Positions 46,501 to 55,088 of a stretch of DNA of 64,000 nt are shown here, one piece after another (within the stretch, counting starts at the first letter, position 1; every line of letters starts with the position of its first letter). The DNA is taken from NCBI GenBank assembly GCA_019358935.1, contig JAHHIK010000022.1, positions 20,082 to 84,081 on the forward strand. Reading direction: 5' to 3'. Position numbers and translations under genes: made by a program. Source of the stretch: Tolypothrix carrinoi HA7290-LM1. GTDB lineage: Bacteria > Cyanobacteriota > Cyanobacteriia > Cyanobacteriales > Nostocaceae. Below the pieces are notes generated by a model. The model ran no database searches. It worked only from the letters and a program-made list of their open reading frames with translations, and was not told the DNA's origin.

Positions 46501-47194
46501 ACGAGCAGAATTTACTGTTAGGAATACAACTAAATCTAATTATTTAGCGTTGCGGGAGTCTTTCAACCGCGATTTTTATCAAATTTGTCACACTCTAGAT
46601 AAGTTACTGGATTTTGGTAAAATTGAACCGGGATACATTAGTGGTAGTCTGCTGGTAGTGCCTATTGCTAACAACATTTTAGAAGAAACTTATCAAATGC
46701 GTTTGCTGGATATTGCAAATTCTACTGATGAATTATGGCAAAATATGCAGCAAATTAGCCACCGCAAATCTTACCCGGAGAGTTTGCGCTCTGCGATTAA
46801 GGATGCTATAGAGTTAGTTAAAAAGCTCAGGGATGGAGTTGAGAAAACACAGAGACTTGAACAGTTTAGCCAGCGTTTTGACCAGTATTATGCATTGCCA
46901 TTATATGCGTTTATTAGCGGCGAAGCTATGAGTGAATATTTTGCAAATGAACCTAATGAACCTGAAGATGAACGCTTTCGAGATATTTTAGCTGCATATA
47001 TCCGCTTGCTGTATCCTGTTGGTAATATTTTGCCTATTGGTAACAACTATCAAGATTTTCCTTTTGTTGTTTTTAGAAGTTACAGTCTGGAGGAAATGAG
47101 GCAAAAAGTTTTTACAGACAAGTATCTTTTAACTTCTAATGAGTTAAATGTACTGAATTTAATTCTGTCTAGAGATAGTGTTTTTACACCCTAG
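43571..47194 (+). CDS. SF2 helicase with probable N-terminal PD-(D/E)xK/RecB-like nuclease domain (~1207 aa)
   Basis: AAGGAG SD then ATG at 43571; motif I GNPGIGKTT, Ia VSPRK, II MIDEI, III ADAS, IV IVYIQN, V TASGSRGLSFP, VI QVIYRGRG; N-terminal NADTLILL..ICVDLS..IQAAGY. Confidence 0.8.
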   Translation: MKSKIAEDLGRLFEVGFNIGILAYIEQNKIKHKFANLYRQELQQLKFPKMRLRVVDKVISTVEREMAETWSTFFLQKGFLSGFNFFHEYLKSTNWLEPHRLRNLEILYYQCRFSGDNSIGTYDIKDDSQWFTEVLSQFENLDNISEYIKGYKQKGEFLNADTLILLRHRRQYRVICVDLSVFSINSNDDVKNLDYIEIIRRLLMRDISYLRSKSVFSNLRIDTESLGLDFSEDLKSYFTAFKYKDKESAKLIQAAGYAHSFHEFMQSTGILPDAASVVFNSLGYSDRGISAMSINRENLDVLKTCYQIYKHDSSPKEIPEARKQVLNRIKRSAYNSFERGKQFVDALLEVPPDEITFLPPHQERITGFFNSVAIVPPKLMSQLSLTGVMNLREAHAELIKQALVSQDTYIFLTGNPGIGKTTAIVDFLKNHIDEGFLFFYVSPRKQVNLDIIDKFKNKETGKLCDDRLFAINTHSNIITDNFGRYTVEYTWNQRQGKFVQQSVDFIDSSEIEQIGRRSDRLKKTTDDVIQDIGKKSKGVLNSICEAISTIVEGEVSNNIIATASIQALKITQAGDTLKHFEKIFRNAYNERENIVFPERMQDISGRIKHLFIMIDEITGDDGGVQFLDGIHKIISRYKLNDSKHGFNTKVIVADASIVEKNVIIQHLSDTSPEPDKIYFRRATETAQPLSIEPLVFKDVAATVINANSYPAKSLSITYKVLIESCKFSEEARFKLKYNLEASLQNEILKDIEAFLNQSDVDQIIVYIQNQRRLAELIERIKEHRGQFDKFTDYLEIHANISEEEKKEIQKFQEIVKVVFMTASGSRGLSFPKAKHILVEIPKFEIEKNLMEVIQVIYRGRGDDKIDNQDKELVFYLAERSVSYQDDQQFSLQESVLSLLNILLILKASIMTRIFGSGCIGRDNFIIIPIGGKSILAAGETFSAQMVNLINQLKKEHHRNRSDVLAEKVYTSLEQLLGRAEFTVRNTTKSNYLALRESFNRDFYQICHTLDKLLDFGKIEPGYISGSLLVVPIANNILEETYQMRLLDIANSTDELWQNMQQISHRKSYPESLRSAIKDAIELVKKLRDGVEKTQRLEQFSQRFDQYYALPLYAFISGEAMSEYFANEPNEPEDERFRDILAAYIRLLYPVGNILPIGNNYQDFPFVVFRSYSLEEMRQKVFTDKYLLTSNELNVLNLILSRDSVFTP

Positions 47195-47312
47195 AAGGTT
47201 ATATATGGTGGGTGACTGTGGACGAGTGCAATTTAAGCCTATAGATAGGGTTTTCCTCAATTTACTCAGTCTAAGCTGAGGTGTATGAAATCACGCAAGT
47301 TGAGGAATAATT

Positions 47313-47513
47313 ATGCCAGGTGGTAATGCTAGTCATAAGGGTGCTTCTGCTAAAACCAATGTTAACGCTAACGGGTTGACAAATGCTGCTGCTGAAGGAC
47401 CGCAAGAAACTCAGGGAGTTATCAGCAATGCTGACGATTCTACCAGAACCGACGAAGCTGAGGTAAATCCTGCTGCTGTTGAACGTCCGCAGACACCGGA
47501 TGATGAGAAGTAG
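47313..47513 (+). CDS. Small acidic, probably disordered hypothetical protein
   Basis: 66-aa ORF with a GAGG SD; no recognised motif. Confidence 0.6.
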   Translation: MPGGNASHKGASAKTNVNANGLTNAAAEGPQETQGVISNADDSTRTDEAEVNPAAVERPQTPDDEK

Positions 47514-47557
47514 GATTTCAAGCGATCGCTTGTTTTTTATCTAGGCGATCGCTTTGA

Positions 47558-48145
47558 TTATAATATCAACGTTAAATCCAACACAAATCCAGGTAAAACA
47601 TCTTCACCTGATAAAGAAGCAGGATTTTCTAAAATTTCTACATCTTTGCCTGGACGATAAATTTCGACTCGCTTATTTTTGCGGTCAATTAACCAGCCTA
47701 AACTGGCACCGTTGTCAATATATTCTTGCATTTTCTCCTGCAATTCTTTCAGCGAATCAGTACGAGAACGCAACTCAACTACAAAGTCAGGACAAATCGG
47801 AGCAAATTTTTCTTGTTGTTCCGGGGTTAAAGCATTCCACCGCTCAATTTTCACCCAAGAAGCATCAGGGGAACGTTTAGCACCATTAGGTAGGGTGAAA
47901 CCAGTTGAAGAGTCAAAACCTTTGCCTAATTTAGTCTGTTTATTCCAGATTCCTAACTCAACAACGATATCAAAGTTACTATTGCCAGTCTCACTACCTG
48001 TAGGTGGCATAATTAATAATTCCCCTTCGGCTGTGAGTTCAAATCGATAATCGCGGTTGTTTTGACACAGTTGGAAATATTGCTCATCAGTCAAATCGAT
48101 ATTCAATTTTAGTGTAGAAGGTAAGGCAATTTGCAGTGCTTCCAT
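47558..48145 (-). CDS. Uma2 (DUF820) family endonuclease, copy 1
   Basis: ELTAEGELLIMPP, FDSSTGF.LPNGA.RSPDASW, CPDFVVELRS, KMQEYIDNG, VLPGF. Confidence 0.93.
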   Translation of the reverse strand: MEALQIALPSTLKLNIDLTDEQYFQLCQNNRDYRFELTAEGELLIMPPTGSETGNSNFDIVVELGIWNKQTKLGKGFDSSTGFTLPNGAKRSPDASWVKIERWNALTPEQQEKFAPICPDFVVELRSRTDSLKELQEKMQEYIDNGASLGWLIDRKNKRVEIYRPGKDVEILENPASLSGEDVLPGFVLDLTLIL

Positions 48146-48225
48146 AAACTTACCTAAATCCAGCGAGATGGTAAATACTTTCTATTTTAATCTTATATAT
48201 CAAGGCGATCGCGCTTAGAATTTAC

Positions 48226-48813
48226 TTATAATATCAACGTTAAATCCAACACAAATCCAGGTAAAACATCTTCACCTGATAAAGAAGCAGGATTTTCTAA
48301 AATTTCTACATCTTTGCCTGGACGATAAATTTCGACTCGCTTATTTTTGCGGTCAATTAACCAGCCTAAACTGGCACCATTGTCAATATATTCTTGCATT
48401 TTCTCCTGCAATTCTTTCAGCGAATCAGTACGAGAACGCAACTCAATTACAAAGTCAGGACAAATCGGAGCAAAGCTTTCTTGTTGTTCCGGGGTTAAAG
48501 CATTCCAGCGCTCAATTTTCACCCATGAAGCATCGGGGGAACGTTTAGCACCATTAGGTAGGGTGAAACCAGTTGAAGAGTCAAAAACTTCGCCTAAATT
48601 ATTCTGAGAATTCCAAATATCTAGTTGAGTGGTTATTTTAACATTACGTCTGCCAGTATCACTACCTGTAGGTGGCATAATTAATAATTCCCCTTCGGCT
48701 GTGAGTTCAAATCGATAATCGCGGTTGTTTTGACACAGTTGGAAATATTGCTCATCAGTCAAATCAATATTCAATTTTAGTGTAGAAGGTAAGGCAATTT
48801 GCAGTACTTCCAT
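48226..48813 (-). CDS. Uma2 (DUF820) family endonuclease, copy 2
   Basis: Near-identical to copy 1 at a 668-bp offset. Confidence 0.93.
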   Translation of the reverse strand: MEVLQIALPSTLKLNIDLTDEQYFQLCQNNRDYRFELTAEGELLIMPPTGSDTGRRNVKITTQLDIWNSQNNLGEVFDSSTGFTLPNGAKRSPDASWVKIERWNALTPEQQESFAPICPDFVIELRSRTDSLKELQEKMQEYIDNGASLGWLIDRKNKRVEIYRPGKDVEILENPASLSGEDVLPGFVLDLTLIL

Positions 48814-48902
48814 AAACTTACCTAAATTCGGCGAGATGGTAAATACTTTCTATTTTAATCTTATATATCAAGGCGATCGCCAAACGCTTGTTTTTTGACC
48901 GA

Positions 48903-49112
48903 AGAAAGGCAGAGGGCAGAGGGCAGAAGGCAGAAGGGAAGAATTTATTTTCGCTCTGCCAATATGGGTACAAGCCCCTAAATTTATTTATGAAAAACAA
49001 AACAAGATGTATTTCGAGACGCGCAGCGCAAGAAATACGGCATCCAAATTAAATCCCCTAAATTTATTTATGGGGATTCCTTCTGCCCTCTGCCTTCTGC
49101 CTTCTGCCTTCT
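48903..49112. repeat. MITE-like element: GCAGAAG/CTTCTGC heptamer arms around two CCCCTAAATTTATTTATG(GGG) motifs
   Basis: Inverted arms and a duplicated internal motif. Confidence 0.7.
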
Positions 49113-49202
49113 TAAAAATAGGCGATCGCACTCCTCAAACTTTAATGTGCAAGCGCTATATTAAAGCTAAATATTCCAGCTGTCTACGAGTTGGTTTCTG
49201 CA

Positions 49203-49508
49203 ATGGAAAACACAATAAATACGATTGAAGAAAGTGACGAAAACACCGAAGCGATCGCTCTTACTCAAGCGATGGAAATCCAAGATAAAATTAATCAACA
49301 CCTCAAACAATTATCCTTAGAACGCTTACAAGTTGTCGCTGATTTTGTAGCTTACCTAGCAGATAAAGAGAGTGAGGAAGCAACTCAAGAACTTGAGAAA
49401 ATTCCTGGCTTTGTTGAATCGTTTGAAAAGGGTAAGAAAGATATTTCTTTATGTCGCATTACCCCTCTTGAGCTACTTAATTGGAGAACGATTCGTTCTG
49501 ATGTATGA
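49203..49508 (+). CDS. Putative orphan antitoxin (DUF2281-like N-terminus)
   Basis: LKQLSLERLQVVADFVAYL..EATQEL..IPGF..SFEKGKKDI..WRTIRSDV; an overlapping ATGTATGAAGTT suggests a lost downstream toxin. Confidence 0.6.
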   Translation: MENTINTIEESDENTEAIALTQAMEIQDKINQHLKQLSLERLQVVADFVAYLADKESEEATQELEKIPGFVESFEKGKKDISLCRITPLELLNWRTIRSDV

Positions 49509-49510
49509 AG

Positions 49511-51049
49511 TTATCGCAAACAGCGAATTGCCTCTAAAAGCCCCCGTGCTTTATTTAACGTTTCTTCATACTCTTTCTCTGGCTGGGAATCAGCTACCAA
49601 ACCGGCACCAGCTTGCACGGTGACTGTATTATCATGTACTACCATTGTGCGAATGGCGATCGCACTATTCAATTGCCCTTCAAAATCGTAATATCCATAC
49701 ACGCCAGAATATACACCCCGCCGACACGGTTCTAACTCGTGTATAATTTCCATTGCCCTAATTTTCGGTGCCCCGCTGACTGTACCCGCTGGAAAGCAAG
49801 CCTTGAGCAAATCCCAGGCACTTTTACCCGATGCCAGTTTCCCCACAACATTACTGACAATATGCATCACATGAGAGTATTTTTCTACCACCATTAATTC
49901 ATCAACTCTCACACTACCGCTTTCGCACACTCGCCCCAAATCGTTACGCCCTAAATCTACCAGCATTACGTGTTCGGCGATTTCTTTAGGGTCTTGTAGC
50001 AAATCTGCGGCTAAAGCTGCATCTTCCTGGCTTGTTTTCCCTCGCGGACGGGTTCCGGCGATCGGGCGGACTGTGGCGATTATATCATCTGCATCGCGTT
50101 CTGCTTTCACCATCACTTCTGGACTGGAACCGATAATTTGCCAATCATTGAAGTGAAAGTAAGACATGTAAGGCGAAGGATTAATTTGCCGCAGAGAACG
50201 ATAAAGTCCAAAGGGGTCGCCAGTGTATTCTGTTGATAATCGTTGGGAAATTACTACTTGAAAAATGTCGCCCGCTTTGATATAATCCTTAGCTTTTTCC
50301 ACTTGGGCGCAAAATTCATCTCGCGTGAAGTTGCTGGTATATTCCCCCGCACAAGCGCTCAAGCGCTCCCCCACTCCTCTACTTCCTGGTGGTGTCCATT
50401 CTAAGATGGTGTTTTGCGGCGATAGGGGTAAAGATAATTTGTGAACCATCTGGGTGACGCGATCGCACGCTTGTTGATATGCTGCTTGTAAAGACGCGAC
50501 TGATCGCGTCTCTACATTACGTAAATCAGCATAAGCAACTGCCCAAATTTTTCGCTTCACCTGATCGAAAATCAACAGGTGATCTATCTGCATCCACAAT
50601 CCATCCGGGATATTTCGGTCATCTTGAGCATGAATTTTTACTCGCGGTTCTATCCAACGAATCAATTCATAGCCCCAAAAGCCAAATAAACCGCCAATTC
50701 CTGGCGGTAATTGCGGTAACTTTACTGGATGAAAAGGTTCCAGACATTTACTTAAAGCTGCAAATGGATCGCCTTCAAAAACAACTTGCGATCCATCCCG
50801 ATGCGTCTGAGTCGTGCAATCTCCCCTTGCTGCCAAAATCCACAAAGGATCGCAACCCAGTAAACTATAACGTCCCAGTTTTTCCCCGCCTTCTACCGAC
50901 TCCAACAAAAAGCTATAAGGCTGACCCGCACAGACTTTATACCAAGCAGATACGGGCGTATCCAGGTCTGCTACCCACTCTTGATACACCGGGACAAAAT
51001 TACCTTGTAAAGCTTGCTCTTGAAACTCGGCAAAATCGGGAAAAATCAT
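49511..51049 (-). CDS. trpE: Anthranilate synthase component I
   Basis: LLESVEGG..GRYS, AGDIFQVV, NPSPY, SSPE, PIAGTRPRG, EHVMLVDLGRND, GAPKIRAM, QAGAG. Confidence 0.97.
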   Translation of the reverse strand: MIFPDFAEFQEQALQGNFVPVYQEWVADLDTPVSAWYKVCAGQPYSFLLESVEGGEKLGRYSLLGCDPLWILAARGDCTTQTHRDGSQVVFEGDPFAALSKCLEPFHPVKLPQLPPGIGGLFGFWGYELIRWIEPRVKIHAQDDRNIPDGLWMQIDHLLIFDQVKRKIWAVAYADLRNVETRSVASLQAAYQQACDRVTQMVHKLSLPLSPQNTILEWTPPGSRGVGERLSACAGEYTSNFTRDEFCAQVEKAKDYIKAGDIFQVVISQRLSTEYTGDPFGLYRSLRQINPSPYMSYFHFNDWQIIGSSPEVMVKAERDADDIIATVRPIAGTRPRGKTSQEDAALAADLLQDPKEIAEHVMLVDLGRNDLGRVCESGSVRVDELMVVEKYSHVMHIVSNVVGKLASGKSAWDLLKACFPAGTVSGAPKIRAMEIIHELEPCRRGVYSGVYGYYDFEGQLNSAIAIRTMVVHDNTVTVQAGAGLVADSQPEKEYEETLNKARGLLEAIRCLR

Positions 51050-51054
51050 AATTT

Positions 51055-51190
51055 AGGGCATTGGGCATTGGGCATTGGGCATGGGGCATGGGGCATGGGG
51101 CATCGGGCATCGGGCATCGGGAACGGGAAAAACTATTACCTATTACCTATTACCAATGCCCATTGCCCATTGCCCAATTCCCAATTCCCT
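51055..51190. repeat. Composite STRR element; inverted copy at ~51725-51866
   Basis: Core GGGAACGGGAAAAACTATTACCTATTACC on both sides of psaD. Confidence 0.88.
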
Positions 51191-51195
51191 ATTCC

Positions 51196-51615
51196 TTATA
51201 CATCGTAAGGATATTTACCGCTAAACTTGAGTTTAGCTGGACTGGGGTTACTGCCGATGTTGCGGTCTACATAACGCACTTTCTCGCGACCTGGGTTTAC
51301 CTTTTCAGGGAAGACACCATCAGCCGGGTGCAAATACTGGGTTTCGCCGTTGGGATAAATCCGGTAGATTTTGTAGTCTGTGATTTTGAATTTCCGGAGT
51401 TGACCGCCAAAAGCGATGCCGTATTCTTTACGAGCCAAGTAAAGCAGGTTTTCGCCTTGGCGCATGATAGCAGAGCCGCCTGTAGGCATTTCAAACACTT
51501 GCTCCTTGGGGCTAGTCCAGGTGATAGCGTACATTTCTTCTTCGTATGCTTTTGTGAGCAAACCGCCAGTGCTGCCACCGAATATGGGAGTTTGTCCAGT
51601 TAGTGTTTCTGCCAT
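51196..51615 (-). CDS. psaD: Photosystem I subunit II
   Basis: [39 protein letters not shown]. Confidence 0.98.
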   Translation of the reverse strand: MAETLTGQTPIFGGSTGGLLTKAYEEEMYAITWTSPKEQVFEMPTGGSAIMRQGENLLYLARKEYGIAFGGQLRKFKITDYKIYRIYPNGETQYLHPADGVFPEKVNPGREKVRYVDRNIGSNPSPAKLKFSGKYPYDV

Positions 51616-51843
51616 AAAAAAAATTGTCTCTCAACGTTTTTAGGGCATCGTAACACTGCGACCTGGGTCATGTTGCGATCGCGTTATAGACTGTAACAGT
51701 TCTTTGTTAATTGTTGGGGAAAAAGGTAATTGGGCAATGGGCATTGGTAATAGGTAATAGGTAATAGGTAATAGTTTTTCCCGTTCCCGATGCCCCATGC
51801 CCCATGCCCCATGCCCCATGCCCCATGCCCCATGCCCAATGCC

Positions 51844-53883
51844 CTATGCCCCATGCCCGATGCCCAACCCCTCACTTTTTTGACTGACAATCGGGATAGT
51901 AAAGTGAAACTCACTGCCTTTGTCTTTGCCCCTTGAGTCAGCCCAAATTTCACCGCCCCAACCATTGACAATTTGGCGACATATTGCTAGTCCTAAACCA
52001 GTGCCACCAGTTGTACGTCGCAGTGCTCCCTCTTCTTGATAAAAGCGGTCAAAAACTACTTCTAGTCGATTTGGTTCAATACCGCGTCCAGTATCAGCCA
52101 CAGTTACCTCAACCATCCGATCGCTGTTGCGAGTCGCCTTAATGGTAATCTGTCCTTGTGGAGGTGTAAATTTACAAGCGTTATCGACGATTTTTGCTAG
52201 TACCTCCACTAACCAATCGCCGTCTGCTCTAATCAAAGGTAGATTTGGGGCAATTTTACTCTTGATTTTCGGCTGCTTTTCTGTCTTCGAGCGAGTGCGA
52301 AAGCGGCTAATTGCTAGTTCCACGCACTCTTCTATCGTCAAAGATTCTGGATGCCATTCTACCCGACCACTTTCTAAGTTAGAAAGTGTTAAGAAATCTT
52401 GCACCAGTTTCCGCATTCGTTCGGAGTCAGCTAGAGCGGTACTCAGCATCACTTGTTGCAATTCTAGAGGCATATCCGGTTCGCTCGCGAGACTTTCCAA
52501 GCACACCTGAATCGTGGATAGAGGAGTGCGGAGTTCGTGTCCGGTGATGGCTATAAGGTTGCTGCGGGTGCGGTCGAGGGCTTCTAGTTGTTGGTTGAGG
52601 TCTTCTAGGTTAGCATAAGCTTCAGCTTGGATGAGAGCCGAACCAACTTGGGTGGCGATCGCTTTTACTAAATCCAATTCTCCAGCTTGCCACTGATGGG
52701 GAGGCAAACCGCAATAGTGTAACTCGACTATGCCTAACAATCGTCCTTGAAATAATACTGGTTCCATCAGCATTGAACGAATCGCAAACTTTTTGGCGAT
52801 TAAAGAAAGTTCCTTATCACTGTTAATGCGATCGTCATTTAGACTATTGACAACGCTGATACCCTCACTTTGTTGTACGATCGCCTGAAATAAAGGATTA
52901 TTTCGTAAATGCCAAGTTTGCCCGACAACAGATAAAACACCAGGACTCAAAAACTCGTGTTCTATTTTCGCGCTTGCCGAAGTAGCTTGAGCGCGGTAAA
53001 TTAAACACCTCGAAGCTTCTAGATGTTGTCCCAATTCTTGCACTGCGACTTGGAGAACTTCTTGAGGATTAAGCGATCGCCTAATTGCCGTGCTAATCGA
53101 GTTGATCAAGCGCTCTTTGCGTGCTTGAGCGGCAATTGAACGATAAGCTTTGTGTAATTTGTACTGGCTAGCTTGCAAGTAAGTCACCAAACGCTGCACA
53201 AACGGGTTAGTGTCAATGTCACAAAAATCTAAAGGTATTTCTTCTACTTTTGAGTAGCTTGACAGCAAATCCTGAGTCACTCCTCTGTTACCCCGATGCA
53301 CCCCAATACCAAATCTCTGGCTTACCTGCTCAACTTTGCTTGCCAATTCTGGTCTGTAAATTACAATTCTGTCTAATAGCAACTCGGCTGCTTTTAGGCT
53401 TACTTCTCGCTCACTAGTCCAAATCCCCTCAAATCTTCGCGCTGTCTCCATATCCAAACCGATGTTTAATTCTGGCATCGGCTTATTCTTAGTTACAGAG
53501 CCTTGGCTTTCTCGGCACACTAAGCAAGTTGCATAGTTTTGGGCAATTACTACCAAATGCCATTCGTGACTTAAAGCATCTTCTTGCTCAAAGGCGATTT
53601 TTTCGTAGTATTCCGAGCTATTAGTGAAATCCGTTTCCGGTGCAGCTAACACGTATAGTTGATTGCTGCGATCGGCAAGTCGCTGATATCGATGAGCTTC
53701 TTGGCGGTAGAATCTCTCTCGTTGGAAGCTCGCAATGACCAAGGGATGGTCTAAAGTTGCCGCCAAAACCTGATCTTCCATCGCATGGGAGAGCGCTGTT
53801 AGAGAAGCTTTGAAATATAGCTGGGGTCGTACGTGAGGTAGCGTCTGTAGCAGATCGCTCAACACAGAAGTCGAAATGCTCAT
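51844..53883 (-). CDS. Sensor histidine kinase (DICT-GAF-HisKA-HATPase)
   Basis: YFKASLTALSHAMED..ASFQRERFY (DICT), GAF region, GHELRTPL, DNACKFT, DTGRG, FDRFYQ, GTGLGL. Confidence 0.93.
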   Translation of the reverse strand: MSISTSVLSDLLQTLPHVRPQLYFKASLTALSHAMEDQVLAATLDHPLVIASFQRERFYRQEAHRYQRLADRSNQLYVLAAPETDFTNSSEYYEKIAFEQEDALSHEWHLVVIAQNYATCLVCRESQGSVTKNKPMPELNIGLDMETARRFEGIWTSEREVSLKAAELLLDRIVIYRPELASKVEQVSQRFGIGVHRGNRGVTQDLLSSYSKVEEIPLDFCDIDTNPFVQRLVTYLQASQYKLHKAYRSIAAQARKERLINSISTAIRRSLNPQEVLQVAVQELGQHLEASRCLIYRAQATSASAKIEHEFLSPGVLSVVGQTWHLRNNPLFQAIVQQSEGISVVNSLNDDRINSDKELSLIAKKFAIRSMLMEPVLFQGRLLGIVELHYCGLPPHQWQAGELDLVKAIATQVGSALIQAEAYANLEDLNQQLEALDRTRSNLIAITGHELRTPLSTIQVCLESLASEPDMPLELQQVMLSTALADSERMRKLVQDFLTLSNLESGRVEWHPESLTIEECVELAISRFRTRSKTEKQPKIKSKIAPNLPLIRADGDWLVEVLAKIVDNACKFTPPQGQITIKATRNSDRMVEVTVADTGRGIEPNRLEVVFDRFYQEEGALRRTTGGTGLGLAICRQIVNGWGGEIWADSRGKDKGSEFHFTIPIVSQKSEGLGIGHGA

Positions 53884-54236
53884 GAATGTCTTTAACGAAG
53901 CCCAAGTTGGACAATATCCACGTCACAGCTGCATTGTACAAATTACAACGGACTTTCAAGTTAAGTAGACAGTTGCAATATGTAAAGATTCCTAAATATA
54001 TTTTTCAGCTTTCCTAAAAGCGCAGCCTACCATATCACTTAAAAGGAACGCATACAAGTTTCTTTACAAAATTCAAAGTCTTTCCTTCATAGTATATTTA
54101 TCCTGAATAATCAAATACACCACAACGAACAATGTTCTGACGTTACATCTTGGTCGAAAACCTCAATGTATTGCACGCAATTCCCAAAACGCTATAAATT
54201 CGATTTTTCATCAGGCAGAACCAAAGAACAAGCAGT

Positions 54237-54355
54237 TATATCGTTTCACTTTAAGGTTGATATAAATAGGCAGCAGGGGGCAGGGGGCACATCTTGCAGG
54301 GGGAAAGAATTAGAGACCAATCATTTGTATCAGGCTTGCTCATGAAATGGTGTTA
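54237..54355. mobile_element. Possible short MITE with imperfect terminal inverted repeats
   Basis: TATATCGTTTCA..TGATATAAAT versus ATTTGTATCA..TGAAATGGTGTTA; GC-rich core in an AT-rich intergenic region. Confidence 0.5.
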
Positions 54356-55088
54356 GATTACATAATCAATAATTTAGATTAAAAAGCTTTTCTCAGTATC
54401 ATGCAATCAATTTGTATAAAAAATTATCAAAAAATAATACAAAAATTAACTAAATATTTTCTTGTCGGTAATGCTCCTATTTGTCACACATTACTTAGAT
54501 GTTTTGGGTGAATAGCAGGCGATCGCCTTACACCTTTTTCTCAAATAAAAAAGCAACTAAATAATAGGTTTTATGCTTTTATAAACATTGTTATTTTCGT
54601 GTTTTCAGTTTAAATTTAAATGTATCAGCATTTACACTATACTTAATATCCTCAAGTGTTTGATTACGGAGAATATATTAGTATTTATTGCACGTAATTA
54701 TTCAGTGTATTGCTAAATATAGTAATTTCAGCTAATATACTTTAGTCGAGAAAATTCAATATTTTTTAAGTAATGTAACACAAGTAAATCTCTGCCTTTT
54801 ACTCACAGCAGTTAATGCAATTACAACAGAGTAAAATCGGCTGAATACTTGGCAAAACAAGCCTTGGTGGAAGGAAAATGATGCCATATTAAATAAAAAA
54901 AGCACCGAAAATCATTCTCCAAAGCCTTAATTCAAAGCAGATAAAATTTACGCGATTTTCCACCATCAAGGCTTTCAACAGTAAACAAACATACATAGCA
55001 TACGATCTGAAATTTCAAGAAACAATTAGTTTCTTGCATTCAAATTTCTCAAGCTGATGTGCTGAAATTTACCTGAGGAAGGTGAGAC

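Noticed and set aside
43571..47194. Cas3 or a type I/III restriction subunit
   Set aside because: No recognisable HD domain, and no Cascade, methyltransferase or specificity genes are adjacent.
50479..51051. 190-aa plus-strand ORF and similar antisense/shadow ORFs
   Set aside because: They lie opposite or inside well-supported genes and show no motifs.
53884..55088. Hidden gene in the long intergenic region (likewise 9942-10886 and 17880-18640)
   Set aside because: AT-rich DNA between divergent genes with no credible ORF or recognisable RNA motif.
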